Shown: positions 17,908 through 27,832 of the stretch, piece after piece
How positions within the stretch are numbered: the first letter of the stretch is position 1
Layout: every line of letters starts with the position of its first letter
From: Rickettsiales bacterium
GTDB taxonomy: Bacteria > Pseudomonadota > Alphaproteobacteria > Rs-D84
Length of the DNA: 55,696 bases
Reading direction: 5' to 3'
NCBI GenBank assembly: GCA_031265235.1
Contig: JAISCX010000013.1
Span: forward strand, 1 to 55,696
Position numbers and translations under genes: made by a program
Notes under the pieces: generated by a model
What the model saw: the letters and a program-made list of their open reading frames with translations, nothing else
What the model was told of the DNA's origin: nothing
Databases searched by the model: none

Positions 17908-18975
17908 ATGATTGAAACTATTACTATTACCGATTTTCGAAATCATGCAAGCGACCGGATTAAAACCGGGGGTGCCAAAAATATCGTGATAACGGGTCCG
18001 AACGGCAGCGGAAAAACCAGTGTGTTAGAAGCGATCAGCATACTTTCCCAAAGCGGATCTTTGCGCGGCGCGGCGCCCGCGGAGATGATCAGAATTCCGG
18101 ACGCGGTTGGTTTCGGCGTCGCGACGACGCTGGCGGACGGGTCGGAAATTTCAATGTCGTTCGCGGCCGGCGACGTCAAGCGACGCGTCAGAATCGACGG
18201 CGACGCCGCGCCGATTTCCGATATCGGCAAACATGCCCGCGTGCTTTGGCTGACGCCAAAGGAAGACCGTCTGTTTGCCGACGCCCCGTCCGAACGCCGC
18301 GCATTCTTTGACCGCATGTGCGCAAGCCTGGATTCCGCCCATGGGGCCAGAATTGTGCGGATGGGCAAGCTGCTGCACGAACGCGCGTTCGCATTGAAAA
18401 ACGGCTCGAACGACAGTTGGCTGAATTCAATAGAACATCAGCTGGGCGCAACCGCGATCGCGGTTGCTGCGGCGCGCGTCAGATACGCCGGAGAGATTAA
18501 TTATTTTCTGAAAGATTCGTCATACGCGGTCGCGGTTTCCGGCATGCTGGAAGAACGGCTGGGCGCGGGCATGTCCGCCGCGGACGCCGAGCGCGAATAT
18601 GCGGAATATCTGCGGGCGAACCGCGAACTGATCGCGGACAAGATGAATATGGACGGACCGCACAGAACAGACTTTGGAATGATCAACGGCCGCCTGAACA
18701 TGCCTGTCGCGAATACTTCGACAGGACAGCAAAAGTCGGCGTTGCTGCAACTGGTGATGTCCAATGCGAAACTGGTCCGCGCGCGCGCGGGGCTGCCTGT
18801 TTTTATTTTACTGGACGAAGTGGCGGCGCACTTGGATGCCGCGGCGCGCGCGGCGCTGTTTGTCGAATTGCAGGCGACGGATGCGCAAATATGGATGACG
18901 GGATTAGAGATGGAATCTTTTGCTGGCATTGCCGATGCAAAGTTTGTATATTGTGAAAATGGAATCTGTGTGTGA
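17908..18975 (+). CDS. recF: DNA replication/repair protein RecF
   Basis: Start moved to MIETITITDFRNH. Walker A GPNGSGKTS, signature STGQQKS, Walker B ILLDEV. Confidence 0.9.
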   Translation: MIETITITDFRNHASDRIKTGGAKNIVITGPNGSGKTSVLEAISILSQSGSLRGAAPAEMIRIPDAVGFGVATTLADGSEISMSFAAGDVKRRVRIDGDAAPISDIGKHARVLWLTPKEDRLFADAPSERRAFFDRMCASLDSAHGARIVRMGKLLHERAFALKNGSNDSWLNSIEHQLGATAIAVAAARVRYAGEINYFLKDSSYAVAVSGMLEERLGAGMSAADAEREYAEYLRANRELIADKMNMDGPHRTDFGMINGRLNMPVANTSTGQQKSALLQLVMSNAKLVRARAGLPVFILLDEVAAHLDAAARAALFVELQATDAQIWMTGLEMESFAGIADAKFVYCENGICV

Positions 18976-19069
18976 CAAATGAAAAGTAATAAGTGACGCC
19001 AGTCCGCGACAGGAATCGTATTTATTCCGATACCGGTATCGCTTGTCACTTTCGCCAGCGGGGCAAACA

Positions 19070-19531
19070 ATGAAACTAGATTATCCGAATCTTCTTGAAA
19101 AAGCGCTGAAAATGGTGGTGAAAGAGGCATTGGTCTGGGCCCATATTCACGGGCTGGACAGCGGCGCGCATTTCTATATAACCTTTAAAACGCGCGATCC
19201 TGGCGTGGTGATTCCGGATTTTCTGAAAATGCGTTATCCTGATACGATGACGATCGTCTTGCAGCATTCGTTTTACAATCTGAATGTGGGCGACGAAGAA
19301 TTCGGCGTGACCCTGACCTTTGACGGCCGGCCTTTTTACATTCGCGTGCCGTATAATGCGATGGTTGAATTCAAAGACCCCAGCGTGGACTTTATGTTGC
19401 AGTTTCACCCAAAGACAGAACTGGCCGCGGGAAATGATTTGGAATTGCCGCTGGCGGACGAAAAATCAGAAACAAAAGACGATAAAAGAATCGTGTCGCT
19501 GGACGAATTTAGAAAGAATAAAAAAGCGTAA
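19070..19531 (+). CDS. sspB: ClpXP adaptor SspB-like protein (alphaproteobacterial type)
   Basis: MKLDYPNLLEKAL..HFYITFKT..PDTMTIVLQ..F..L.V, with an acidic tail. Start moved to the ATG at 19070. Confidence 0.7.
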   Translation: MKLDYPNLLEKALKMVVKEALVWAHIHGLDSGAHFYITFKTRDPGVVIPDFLKMRYPDTMTIVLQHSFYNLNVGDEEFGVTLTFDGRPFYIRVPYNAMVEFKDPSVDFMLQFHPKTELAAGNDLELPLADEKSETKDDKRIVSLDEFRKNKKA

Positions 19532-19645
19532 GCGCAAACAGTTCGGATTGCAGGGCCAGCTATATTTATTCTATCAAAAACTGCTTGCACTAATACTTGC
19601 GCTTGCCCCCTTTTTATGATAAAATTATCAGAAGAAATCCATATC

Positions 19646-22600
19646 ATGGAGATGAGAATGTTCAATGTGTTTAAAAAAATCAATGTGTTTGCTCTTAGTT
19701 CTTTGCTAGTGGCTCTTTGCGCGCAAAGCGCACAGACGGCGTCGCCGATACAAACCAGCGGACTGGTTACGAATACGTCGCTGACAGGGCGGCCCGCCTT
19801 GGCCCCCGCATACAGCGTGGCCGGCGTGAATACAATCGGCGGACGTATGCCGACGCTGCGCACGACGTCTGGAACCGGAATATCTACAACCACCACCGGC
19901 GCCGTTTCCGTCACAGACAAAGAATGCATAGATTCTTATCTTGAATGCGCGAAACAGCCGGATGTCTGCGGCCCCAACTTTGAAGACTGCACCAATAATT
20001 CTCTGTTCTTTGCAAAAAAATCCAACTGCACGTCTATTCTTTTGACCTGTCCGGCGAACGGGATAAGCCAGCTGTTCGGCACGACCAGCACATCCGTGCT
20101 TGCCACCAAGAGCACCACCGACAAGGACGAGAACGGCGAATACGTGTATATCTATCCGAACGAGAATTCCATCCTTGGCACAATGATCGTCGGCGCCAGC
20201 ATTACCCAGCGTCTGAATACCCAAGACTGTGTCCGGAAATATACCCAGTGCTTGAAAAAAGACGATGTTTGCGGCGCGGATTTCGAACTTTGCACATCCG
20301 ATACCGAATTTAGAAAACAAAAAGTATTCTGCCAGTCCACGTTGGCGCGCTGCCAGCTGGAAGGCAAGGTGGATCTGTGGGGAACGACGAACGTGACTGC
20401 AAACCCGCAGAATCCTGGCCGGCTGCGCGATATGATTGACGAAGGCGCGGCGTTGGCCGCGGTGAATGCCGTAGCTACTTGTTACAAAGTGGCGGACAAC
20501 TGCATACTGCAAGCGTGCGCGAAGAATCCGTATCTGTGCAAGGAAGGCACAGACCCGAAACTGTATTGCACGGCCGGCGAAGTCGTTGACCCAGACGACG
20601 TGGCAAGGGGTTGCTCTGACTTGTCCGGCATCGCATTCACGGGCGCAATCAACCGGAATGAAATTCTCGGCCGCGTCAAGAATGCGTGCTTTGATACCAT
20701 CGGCGGAAACAAATACTGCTATTCCACGGTCCGGGGCAACATGCCGACAGCGGCGCAGCTGAAAGACGAAGACAATAAGGACGACGTGTTTTCAGACATG
20801 TATTCGTCGCGCTTTAATACTGGAATGAAGACCAAGGTTGACGACCTGATTGAAAAGTTCAAGACAAAGCAGATGCAGAAATGCCGCGATGCGATTGTTG
20901 GCTGCGCGATGCGTTCGTGCGGCGAAGGCGTGGGTTCCGTATGCTATGCGGGCGCATACAACACAACTACTAAAACAATCGATGTGACCCAGGTCAAGCC
21001 GAAAGGCGAGATCCAGGCCGGATGCGCGACGATTATAAACAGCGACGCGTCATGCAAATATGCGACCGCGACGTTTGACGATGCCACTGCCGTGCTGGGT
21101 TACGAAGAAAGCGGCGGCATATTCGGAAAGCTGTTCACAAGTCCCACGGATGAAGATGGTTCGCGCGATCCTGTCGGCGCGGTTGCCGCATTGAACGCAC
21201 GGTTGGCGAATTCATACAGCACTGCCGCGCTTGCCGCTATGCAGAAACAGTGCCAGGGCATCGCGCAAAGTTGCGTCAAATCCATGTGCGGCGGCGAATA
21301 TGAAAATTGTTACCGCAATCGGACGGACGTTTATTCCGCACTGACCAACACCAGCAAGACCGCGTTTGATAAAAGCATGAACAAGGTTGGCGGCGTGCTG
21401 GATCACACCATCATAATCGGCCTTTGCATCAATACGGTCAAGAACAACCCGATATGTGAAGAGCATATAAAGGTAGAATCCGCGAAGATAGCGAACGGTA
21501 CCATCACGACCGACTCGGTATGGGGCGACGCAACATCTGCCCGCGAAGGGTGGCTGGGCGCCGGAGTGTTTAGCATAACTTCCGAAAATTCCGTCCAGGA
21601 TACCGATGCGGACGGCAACCTGTTGTGTTGCGCAGCGCTTGCGGATAGTACCGCATGTACGTCGTTTGGGCGCTGTGATGATGCGGGCGGCCTGTTCGTG
21701 ACGCCGAAAATGATAGAAATCGGCGATTATCAGGTTCAAAAGGTCACAGAAGGCATATTCGCAAATCTGATATACGATCTGGAAGTAGAGGCCCAGGCGA
21801 AATACAATGCCAAGATAACGGCCCAGATGAACATGTGCCACGCGGAAAACAGCGGCGGCGTCATGGGCGCCAGCGACATGAATTCCACTTTCCAGTGGGC
21901 AAAGCTGAAATCCAAGAATGTGCCGGCGGACTATTCGGTCAAGGGTCTGCCCGACAGTGCGGTCCAGGCATCGAATGACCTGTATGGTTCGTTCTGCCGC
22001 GTTCGCGTGGAAATACGTTCAAACGACGCGATGATCAAAAAAGCCATAGAGGAAAACGGCAAGACGTGGACGCGCACGAACTTTGCAATCGGCGACGCAT
22101 TCACATGCGGTTCATGGATTCCGCAGAAAGATCTGGAAGAGATATCCCAGCTTGTATATAACAATAAATATGAAGCAGAGACTAAGAACGATGGCAGAAC
22201 GCGCGGATGGATGACGGCGCTGGGTTCTGTGCTGGGCGCGGTCGGCGGCGGCGTTGGAGTGAACGCGTTGCAGAAAAGCAGCTTTGGCGGCCTGATTAAT
22301 ACGAATAAGCAGGGCGGCGCAGAAGCGCTTCGGGCGGAAAGCTGCAAGAATAAGTTCCAGAATGCGATAAAAAGCCTGACAGGTCAGAATTATGCAACCC
22401 AGAGTGAAATGGTAAATGGCGCAGATGGTACATTTGTCGGATGGACTTATAAAGCTTATTCTCTGACGCCGGCACAAACAGCTGGACTTGCAGCGGCACA
22501 AGATCAGGCAGCATATCTGTCGGCGCTAAACGTTGTCACGGCTTCGTCTGCAATATCTACTATGACGACCTATGCGGAAAGCGAACAATGCGGGAAATTC

Positions 22601-22861
22601 AATGGCGGCAATGGCAATAGTCTTTGGACCGATGGACGTGGCAAGACGCTGGCGACTATTGGTGGCGCTGTGATTGGCGCGGTCGGCGGCGGATTCTTGG
22701 CGAATGCGATAACAAAGGATGTCCAGGAATCATCCGCGGAAAAGGCTGCGAACGAGGCAAAGACGGAATGGTTCAACAGTATCGGCAGCAAAATATTGTG
22801 CTATATAGGTTCCGAAGAAGTTGGCGTTTACGGCGATATACGTTCGACAAGCATGGAATGA
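19646..22861 (+). CDS. Giant secreted cysteine-rich repeat protein with C-terminal glycine-zipper segments
   Basis: Signal peptide VFALSSLLVALCAQSAQT and about 40 Cys in the same modules as 287..2722. Glycine-zipper segments LGSVLGAVGGGVGV and IGGAVIGAVGGGFLA near the C-terminus. Start ambiguous (19616/19646/19652/19658). Confidence 0.85.
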   Translation: MEMRMFNVFKKINVFALSSLLVALCAQSAQTASPIQTSGLVTNTSLTGRPALAPAYSVAGVNTIGGRMPTLRTTSGTGISTTTTGAVSVTDKECIDSYLECAKQPDVCGPNFEDCTNNSLFFAKKSNCTSILLTCPANGISQLFGTTSTSVLATKSTTDKDENGEYVYIYPNENSILGTMIVGASITQRLNTQDCVRKYTQCLKKDDVCGADFELCTSDTEFRKQKVFCQSTLARCQLEGKVDLWGTTNVTANPQNPGRLRDMIDEGAALAAVNAVATCYKVADNCILQACAKNPYLCKEGTDPKLYCTAGEVVDPDDVARGCSDLSGIAFTGAINRNEILGRVKNACFDTIGGNKYCYSTVRGNMPTAAQLKDEDNKDDVFSDMYSSRFNTGMKTKVDDLIEKFKTKQMQKCRDAIVGCAMRSCGEGVGSVCYAGAYNTTTKTIDVTQVKPKGEIQAGCATIINSDASCKYATATFDDATAVLGYEESGGIFGKLFTSPTDEDGSRDPVGAVAALNARLANSYSTAALAAMQKQCQGIAQSCVKSMCGGEYENCYRNRTDVYSALTNTSKTAFDKSMNKVGGVLDHTIIIGLCINTVKNNPICEEHIKVESAKIANGTITTDSVWGDATSAREGWLGAGVFSITSENSVQDTDADGNLLCCAALADSTACTSFGRCDDAGGLFVTPKMIEIGDYQVQKVTEGIFANLIYDLEVEAQAKYNAKITAQMNMCHAENSGGVMGASDMNSTFQWAKLKSKNVPADYSVKGLPDSAVQASNDLYGSFCRVRVEIRSNDAMIKKAIEENGKTWTRTNFAIGDAFTCGSWIPQKDLEEISQLVYNNKYEAETKNDGRTRGWMTALGSVLGAVGGGVGVNALQKSSFGGLINTNKQGGAEALRAESCKNKFQNAIKSLTGQNYATQSEMVNGADGTFVGWTYKAYSLTPAQTAGLAAAQDQAAYLSALNVVTASSAISTMTTYAESEQCGKFNGGNGNSLWTDGRGKTLATIGGAVIGAVGGGFLANAITKDVQESSAEKAANEAKTEWFNSIGSKILCYIGSEEVGVYGDIRSTSME

Positions 22862-22883
22862 TGCGCGTGGCGCGGTAAATTAT

Positions 22884-22911
22884 ATAGGGGCGGTTCGTGA
22901 ACCGCCCCTAT
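22884..22911. terminator. Bidirectional terminator between convergent genes
   Basis: ATAGGGGCGGTT cgtg AACCGCCCCTAT, a perfect 12-bp stem. Confidence 0.75.
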
Positions 22912-22934
22912 TGTTAAACAAATATTATTCTGAC

Positions 22935-24326
22935 TTATTTGCTTTTCTTTTTATCCGGGGCGCATTCCCCGCTTTTTTCATTTTCCAGAAACGATTCCAG
23001 CCAGTGGTTGTCCGTATTCAAGCTGCGCACGTCTTTGTTCTTTAATAGTTTCTGTTGCAACGGGATTGTGGTTTTCACGCCTTCGATCACGAATTCGTCC
23101 AGCGCGCGCATGCCGCGCATAATGCATGCCGGCCTGTTCGGCGCCCATACGATCAGCTTTGCGATCAGCGAATCATAGGTCGGCGGGATTTTGTATCCCG
23201 AATATACGGCGGAATCCACGCGGATGCCCAGCCCCCCTGGCACGGAATACTGGGTAATGGTGCCCGGATTCGGAATGAATGTTTCCGGGTCTTCGGCGTT
23301 TATTCTGAATTCAATGGCATGCCCGCTGGCGATCAGGTTTGCCTGGGAGTATCCAAGCGGCTCGCCCATCGCGACGCGTATTTGTTCGCGCACCAGATCC
23401 ACGCCGTAAACCATTTCCGTCACGGGATGTTCCACCTGCAGCCTGGTATTCATTTCCAAGAAATAAAATTTTCCGTCTTCGAACATGAATTCCAAGGTTC
23501 CGGCATTCGTATACCCCATCTTTTTCACAGCTGTTTTGCAGACTTCTATCATATCGTCGCGCTGTTTCTGGGTTAACGCCGCCGCCGGACATTCTTCCAT
23601 AACCTTTTGGTTCCTGCGCTGAAGCGAACAATCGCGTTCGCCGAATACCACGGCATTGCCGTGGTGGTCGCCAAGAACTTGAAATTCTATGTGGCGCGGG
23701 TGCAGCAGCAGCTTTTCCATATAAAGGGTGTCGTCGCCGAATCCCCCCAAAGCTTCCCGTTTTGTCATTTGGAACGCTTCTGGCATATCGGCCGCATTCA
23801 TTACTGGCCGCATTCCCTTGCCGCCGCCGCCGGCAGATGCTTTGAGCATAACGGGATATCCGATTTTTTCGGCCCAAGATAACGCATCTTCCAATGTATC
23901 CACCGCGCCGCTTGACCCCGGCACCACAGGCAGCCCGCATTCCACCGCGGTTGCCTTGGCATTGACCTTGTCGCCCATTTTGGCGATCATTTTCGCCGTG
24001 GGCCCGATCCATATCAGTTTGTGTTGTTCAACTTTTTCAACAAATCCGGCGCGTTCCGACAGAAATCCGTATCCGGGGTGAATCGCGTCGGAATTGGTAA
24101 GCAATGCCGCGGTCAAAATCGCGGATTCATTCAGATATGAATCGCGCGCGGCGGCGGGCCCGATGCAGACCGATTCGTCGGCCAGATGGACATGCGCGGT
24201 ATCTTTGTCGGCGGTGGAATATACGGCGACGGAACGTATTCCCATGTCGCGGCACGCGCGGATTATCCGAAGCGCGATTTCCCCACGGTTTGCGATAAGT
24301 ATTTTTTTAATTTGGGACATATTCAA
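22935..24326 (-). CDS. accC: Acetyl-CoA carboxylase biotin carboxylase subunit
   Basis: KILIANRGEIALRIIRAC, ATP-grasp motifs, 463 aa. Confidence 0.95.
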   Translation of the reverse strand: MNMSQIKKILIANRGEIALRIIRACRDMGIRSVAVYSTADKDTAHVHLADESVCIGPAAARDSYLNESAILTAALLTNSDAIHPGYGFLSERAGFVEKVEQHKLIWIGPTAKMIAKMGDKVNAKATAVECGLPVVPGSSGAVDTLEDALSWAEKIGYPVMLKASAGGGGKGMRPVMNAADMPEAFQMTKREALGGFGDDTLYMEKLLLHPRHIEFQVLGDHHGNAVVFGERDCSLQRRNQKVMEECPAAALTQKQRDDMIEVCKTAVKKMGYTNAGTLEFMFEDGKFYFLEMNTRLQVEHPVTEMVYGVDLVREQIRVAMGEPLGYSQANLIASGHAIEFRINAEDPETFIPNPGTITQYSVPGGLGIRVDSAVYSGYKIPPTYDSLIAKLIVWAPNRPACIMRGMRALDEFVIEGVKTTIPLQQKLLKNKDVRSLNTDNHWLESFLENEKSGECAPDKKKSK

Positions 24327-24785
24327 TTATTCGATTACAATAAGCGGCGTGTCGAATTCGACCGCCTGGCCGTCTTGGACCAGAATTTCTTTCACGACGC
24401 CGTCACGTTCGGACTTTACGGGGTTGAATGTCTTCATTGCTTCTATCAATGCGACGGTGTCGCCCGCCTTTACGGTGCTGCCCAGGGATGTAAAGGGCTT
24501 TGCGCCCGGTTCCGGCGACAGGTACGCAATCCCGACCATCGGGGACTTTAACGCGTTAATCGTGCAAACCGCGGGGTTTGTAGAGTCTTCGCAGGATGTT
24601 TTGGAAAGCGGCGCGCTGGCCGCGTGGGTTGCAAATTGCGACGCGACGGCGATTTTCGGTTGTTTGGACAAATGAATTTCCTTTTTCCAAACCCCGAAAA
24701 GGAATCCCGATTCCACTTTTAATTCAGTAAGCCCCATTTTATCCATCATTTGGGACATTTTTTCAATCGCGCTATACGATGACAT
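24327..24785 (-). CDS. accB: Biotin carboxyl carrier protein
   Basis: Biotinyl motif EAMKTFN, immediately upstream of accC. Confidence 0.9.
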   Translation of the reverse strand: MSSYSAIEKMSQMMDKMGLTELKVESGFLFGVWKKEIHLSKQPKIAVASQFATHAASAPLSKTSCEDSTNPAVCTINALKSPMVGIAYLSPEPGAKPFTSLGSTVKAGDTVALIEAMKTFNPVKSERDGVVKEILVQDGQAVEFDTPLIVIE

Positions 24786-24903
24786 TTATTTTCCTTTTAG
24801 TATTCTCTCACATGCGCTTTTTGATGCGCGGGGTCATGTTACCAGATATTGGCCGAAAGTCAAGAAAGCGATGGTGCGGCGCTTTGCAAATCGCCATCGC
24901 AAC

Positions 24904-25119
24904 TTATGCGACCGGGTCGTACCCGAATCCCCCGCCGGGACGACAACGGGATATCCGCCTTATCGCCAGGCACAAGCCGCGGACGCATCCGTATTTCTCT
25001 ATTGCCTGGGCCGCGTATTCGCTGCAGCTTGGGACAAATCTGCATGCCGCGCGTCCGCCGAATATCGGGGATATGGCTGATTGATAGATTCTTATAAGAA
25101 ATATGGCGGACTTTTTCAT
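24904..25119 (-). CDS. yidD: Membrane protein insertion efficiency factor YidD
   Basis: IRIYQSAISP..CRFVPSCSEYA..AI.KYG. Start moved to MKKSAIF, 2 nt after the permease stop. Confidence 0.85.
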   Translation of the reverse strand: MKKSAIFLIRIYQSAISPIFGGRAACRFVPSCSEYAAQAIEKYGCVRGLCLAIRRISRCRPGGGFGYDPVA

Positions 25120-25121
25120 TA

Positions 25122-26339
25122 TTATTCGTGCCGCAGGCTGTCGATCGGATTCAGCTTTGCCGCCTTGTTCGCCGGGAATACCCCCGACGCTATGCCGACC
25201 ACGACCGCCACCGCGATGGACAGCACGACGGACCACATGCTTAGCGGCACGCTCATATCCATGACCTTTGGCAGAATGGTTTGCGATATGATCAGTCCCA
25301 GGATAAATCCGATCATCGACCCAATGAAAGAGATCAGTATCGATTCCGACAGGAATTGCGTCGTAATATGTTTTTCCTTGGCGCCTATGGCCTTGCGGAT
25401 TCCGATTTCGCGCGTGCGTTCCGCAACGCTTACAAGCATCATGTTCATAATGCCGATGGAACCCACAAGCAATGACACGCTTGCGATCGCCATCAGCAGC
25501 ATTTTTAAAAATCCCGTGATGGTGTTCATGGTTTCCATTACCTGCTTCATATCCATGATTTGAAAATCGTCCACATCTGCGTCTTTTAATTTATGCCGGT
25601 CGCGAAGCAGCGCCGTGATCTGTTCCGTCACCAGCGTGTTGTCCGCATCCTGGTAAAGCTTTACTGTGACGGTCTGCACGGCGTCCGGAAAACGTCCGCC
25701 TTGGATGCGTTTTTTAAGCGTCGTGAACGGTATTATGATCATGTCGTCCTGGCTGCCCATCATGCTGTCGCCGCGTTCCTTGGTTACGCCGATCACGACG
25801 AACGGCATGTTTTGGACGCGTATAACCTGGCCGATGGGGTCAAGCGGCAGGTCCAGTTCCGTCGCCGTCTTTGGGCCGATCACCGCGAAAGTGGATCCGT
25901 TTCTGATGGCGGACGTGTCAAAGAACGTCCCCGATTCCATTTCTATGTTTTGCACGGCCGCGTAATCCGGATATGTGCCGATAAGCGATGTGCCCCAGTT
26001 TCTGTTGCCGAAAACCGCCTGGGCGGATGCGTTCTGGACGGGCGCCGCTGCGGAAACGTCGGGCAGTCTGGCGATCGCCTGGGCGTCCTGGGTTGTCAGG
26101 GTCATGCGCATTCCGGTGCGCACGCCGGATGTCTGGGCCGCGCCGGCGCGGACGATTATGGTGTTGGTGCCAAGGGATGAAAACTGGTCGGTAATCTGCT
26201 TTTGCACGGCGTCGCCGACAGACATCATGACCACGACCGCCATAACGCCGATGATGATGCCAAGGACGGTCAGAAAGCTGCGCACCTTGTTGCCAGATAT
26301 GGATAGCCAGGATTCTTTCAAGATATCGTTAAAAGTCAT
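25122..26339 (-). CDS. MacB/FtsX-type ABC transporter permease
   Basis: N-terminal TM helix, large periplasmic domain, C-terminal FtsX helices, RTREIGIRKAIGA motif. Confidence 0.9.
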   Translation of the reverse strand: MTFNDILKESWLSISGNKVRSFLTVLGIIIGVMAVVVMMSVGDAVQKQITDQFSSLGTNTIIVRAGAAQTSGVRTGMRMTLTTQDAQAIARLPDVSAAAPVQNASAQAVFGNRNWGTSLIGTYPDYAAVQNIEMESGTFFDTSAIRNGSTFAVIGPKTATELDLPLDPIGQVIRVQNMPFVVIGVTKERGDSMMGSQDDMIIIPFTTLKKRIQGGRFPDAVQTVTVKLYQDADNTLVTEQITALLRDRHKLKDADVDDFQIMDMKQVMETMNTITGFLKMLLMAIASVSLLVGSIGIMNMMLVSVAERTREIGIRKAIGAKEKHITTQFLSESILISFIGSMIGFILGLIISQTILPKVMDMSVPLSMWSVVLSIAVAVVVGIASGVFPANKAAKLNPIDSLRHE

Positions 26340-27072
26340 GTATTCCCTTTCCGTAATTATTTAACACTGCGAAGATAAAGTCGTCTTCGGTCACTGTTTT
26401 CCGGGGCGCATATTTGACGGCCGTATTTGAATCCAATGGATTGGATACGCCTTTTTTACATGAAACAAATTGTATCAGTTTTTCATATTGTTCCGCGGTC
26501 AGACGCATTAATCCAAGCTTTATTCCGGATAAATTCTCGAAAGTCTTTCTATATTTGTCCGCGACAAAGTCGCCGAACTTCAGCTTGCCATAATTTAATA
26601 TGAAATGCCGTATGTTTTCAGGCGGATAACCGTATCCGGCGCCGCGGATAAAATGCAACGCCGACAAGGCGTCCCCGGTTTCCGGCATATTCCTTAATTT
26701 GTAATTGTCATTCATTACCTTTGCGGCGTATTGCTGTATCCGTTTCCTGGCATCGGATTTTTTATTATCCAGATCGCTTGCAAGATCACGGTCTATATTT
26801 AAAAATTTATGCGAAACTTTTTCTATATTCTCTATCTGTTGCGCCGGAAAGGCGCGCAGCCATAATTCGTCGGTCGCAAGAATGAATTTTGCGGGATCGT
26901 CAGGCAGCTTGTATTCGTGAAAAAACTTTTCGGGATAATTGAATCCATTTGCGACAAGGTCTTCATCGAATTTCTTTGCGTCCGATGAATACCCCGCGTT
27001 TCCGATGAGAGTATCGCGGAATATTTCGGACAGTTCGTCAAAAGTTTTTATTTCGATGGTATCGGTCATCAT
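26329..27072 (-). CDS. Hypothetical cytoplasmic protein wedged between the ABC ATPase and permease genes
   Basis: Its ATG overlaps the ATPase stop by 4 nt and its stop overlaps the permease start by 11 nt. It is visibly AT-richer than its neighbours and has no TM helix or recognisable motif. Confidence 0.7.
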   Translation of the reverse strand: MMTDTIEIKTFDELSEIFRDTLIGNAGYSSDAKKFDEDLVANGFNYPEKFFHEYKLPDDPAKFILATDELWLRAFPAQQIENIEKVSHKFLNIDRDLASDLDNKKSDARKRIQQYAAKVMNDNYKLRNMPETGDALSALHFIRGAGYGYPPENIRHFILNYGKLKFGDFVADKYRKTFENLSGIKLGLMRLTAEQYEKLIQFVSCKKGVSNPLDSNTAVKYAPRKTVTEDDFIFAVLNNYGKGIHDF

Positions 27073-27788
27073 AATGCCCTTGCGTCTTTCGGCACGCCGC
27101 CGTCGTGGGTAATCTTGCCGTCGCGGATATGAATCAGCCGGTTGGAATATTTCGCGATCTCGAATTCATGCGTGATCGTCACGACCGTGATTCCCATCTC
27201 TTTGTTCAGCTGTTTGAAAAAGCTGAGTATCTCGTGCCCCATTTTGGAATCGAGCGCGCCCGTCGGTTCGTCCGCCAGAATCAGTTTCGGTTCCCCGGCC
27301 AATGCGCGGGCGATGGCGACGCGCTGGCGCATTCCGCCGGACAGCTGTGTCGGAAGATACGTTTCAAATTTTTCAAGATCGACTTTTTTAAGCATTTCGC
27401 GCGCGCGGCGAATCCGTTCATCCATAGGCAACCCGCGATACATCAGCGGCAGCATGACATTGTCCAGGACGCTGCGCTTGGTCAGCAGGTTAAAGTTTTG
27501 AAATACAAATCCGATGTATTCGTTTCGCGCAGTCGCCAGCTCGTCCGGGGTCATGCGCGTTATGTCGTTTCCATACAGCTCGTAAGTTCCGGATGTCGGC
27601 GTGTCCAGTGCGCCGATTATGTTCATGCATGTTGATTTGCCCGAACCGCTTGGCCCCATGATTGACACGAACTCGCCGGCGCGTATTTCAAAAGACAGGT
27701 CGAACAGGACCTGTTGCGTCCCGCCGATTTCCATCGGAAAGCTTTTGCAGATTTTGTTGAATGAAATAATCGATGGCTGATTTTTCAT
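27069..27788 (-). CDS. MacB/LolD-type ABC transporter ATP-binding protein
   Basis: GPSGSGKST, LSGGMRQRVAIARAL, ILADEPTGALD. Confidence 0.93.
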   Translation of the reverse strand: MKNQPSIISFNKICKSFPMEIGGTQQVLFDLSFEIRAGEFVSIMGPSGSGKSTCMNIIGALDTPTSGTYELYGNDITRMTPDELATARNEYIGFVFQNFNLLTKRSVLDNVMLPLMYRGLPMDERIRRAREMLKKVDLEKFETYLPTQLSGGMRQRVAIARALAGEPKLILADEPTGALDSKMGHEILSFFKQLNKEMGITVVTITHEFEIAKYSNRLIHIRDGKITHDGGVPKDARAL

Positions 27789-27832
27789 TTTGCATCCGTT
27801 TTTAATTGATTCCGGGTTATGCCCTGCGCCAC

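Noticed and set aside
19706-20512. 268-aa minus-strand ORF, plus several 60-210 aa frames across 19.7-22.5 kb
   Set aside because: All are antisense to or out of frame with the 1081-aa Cys-rich ORF, which has a signal peptide and an internally repeated module structure.
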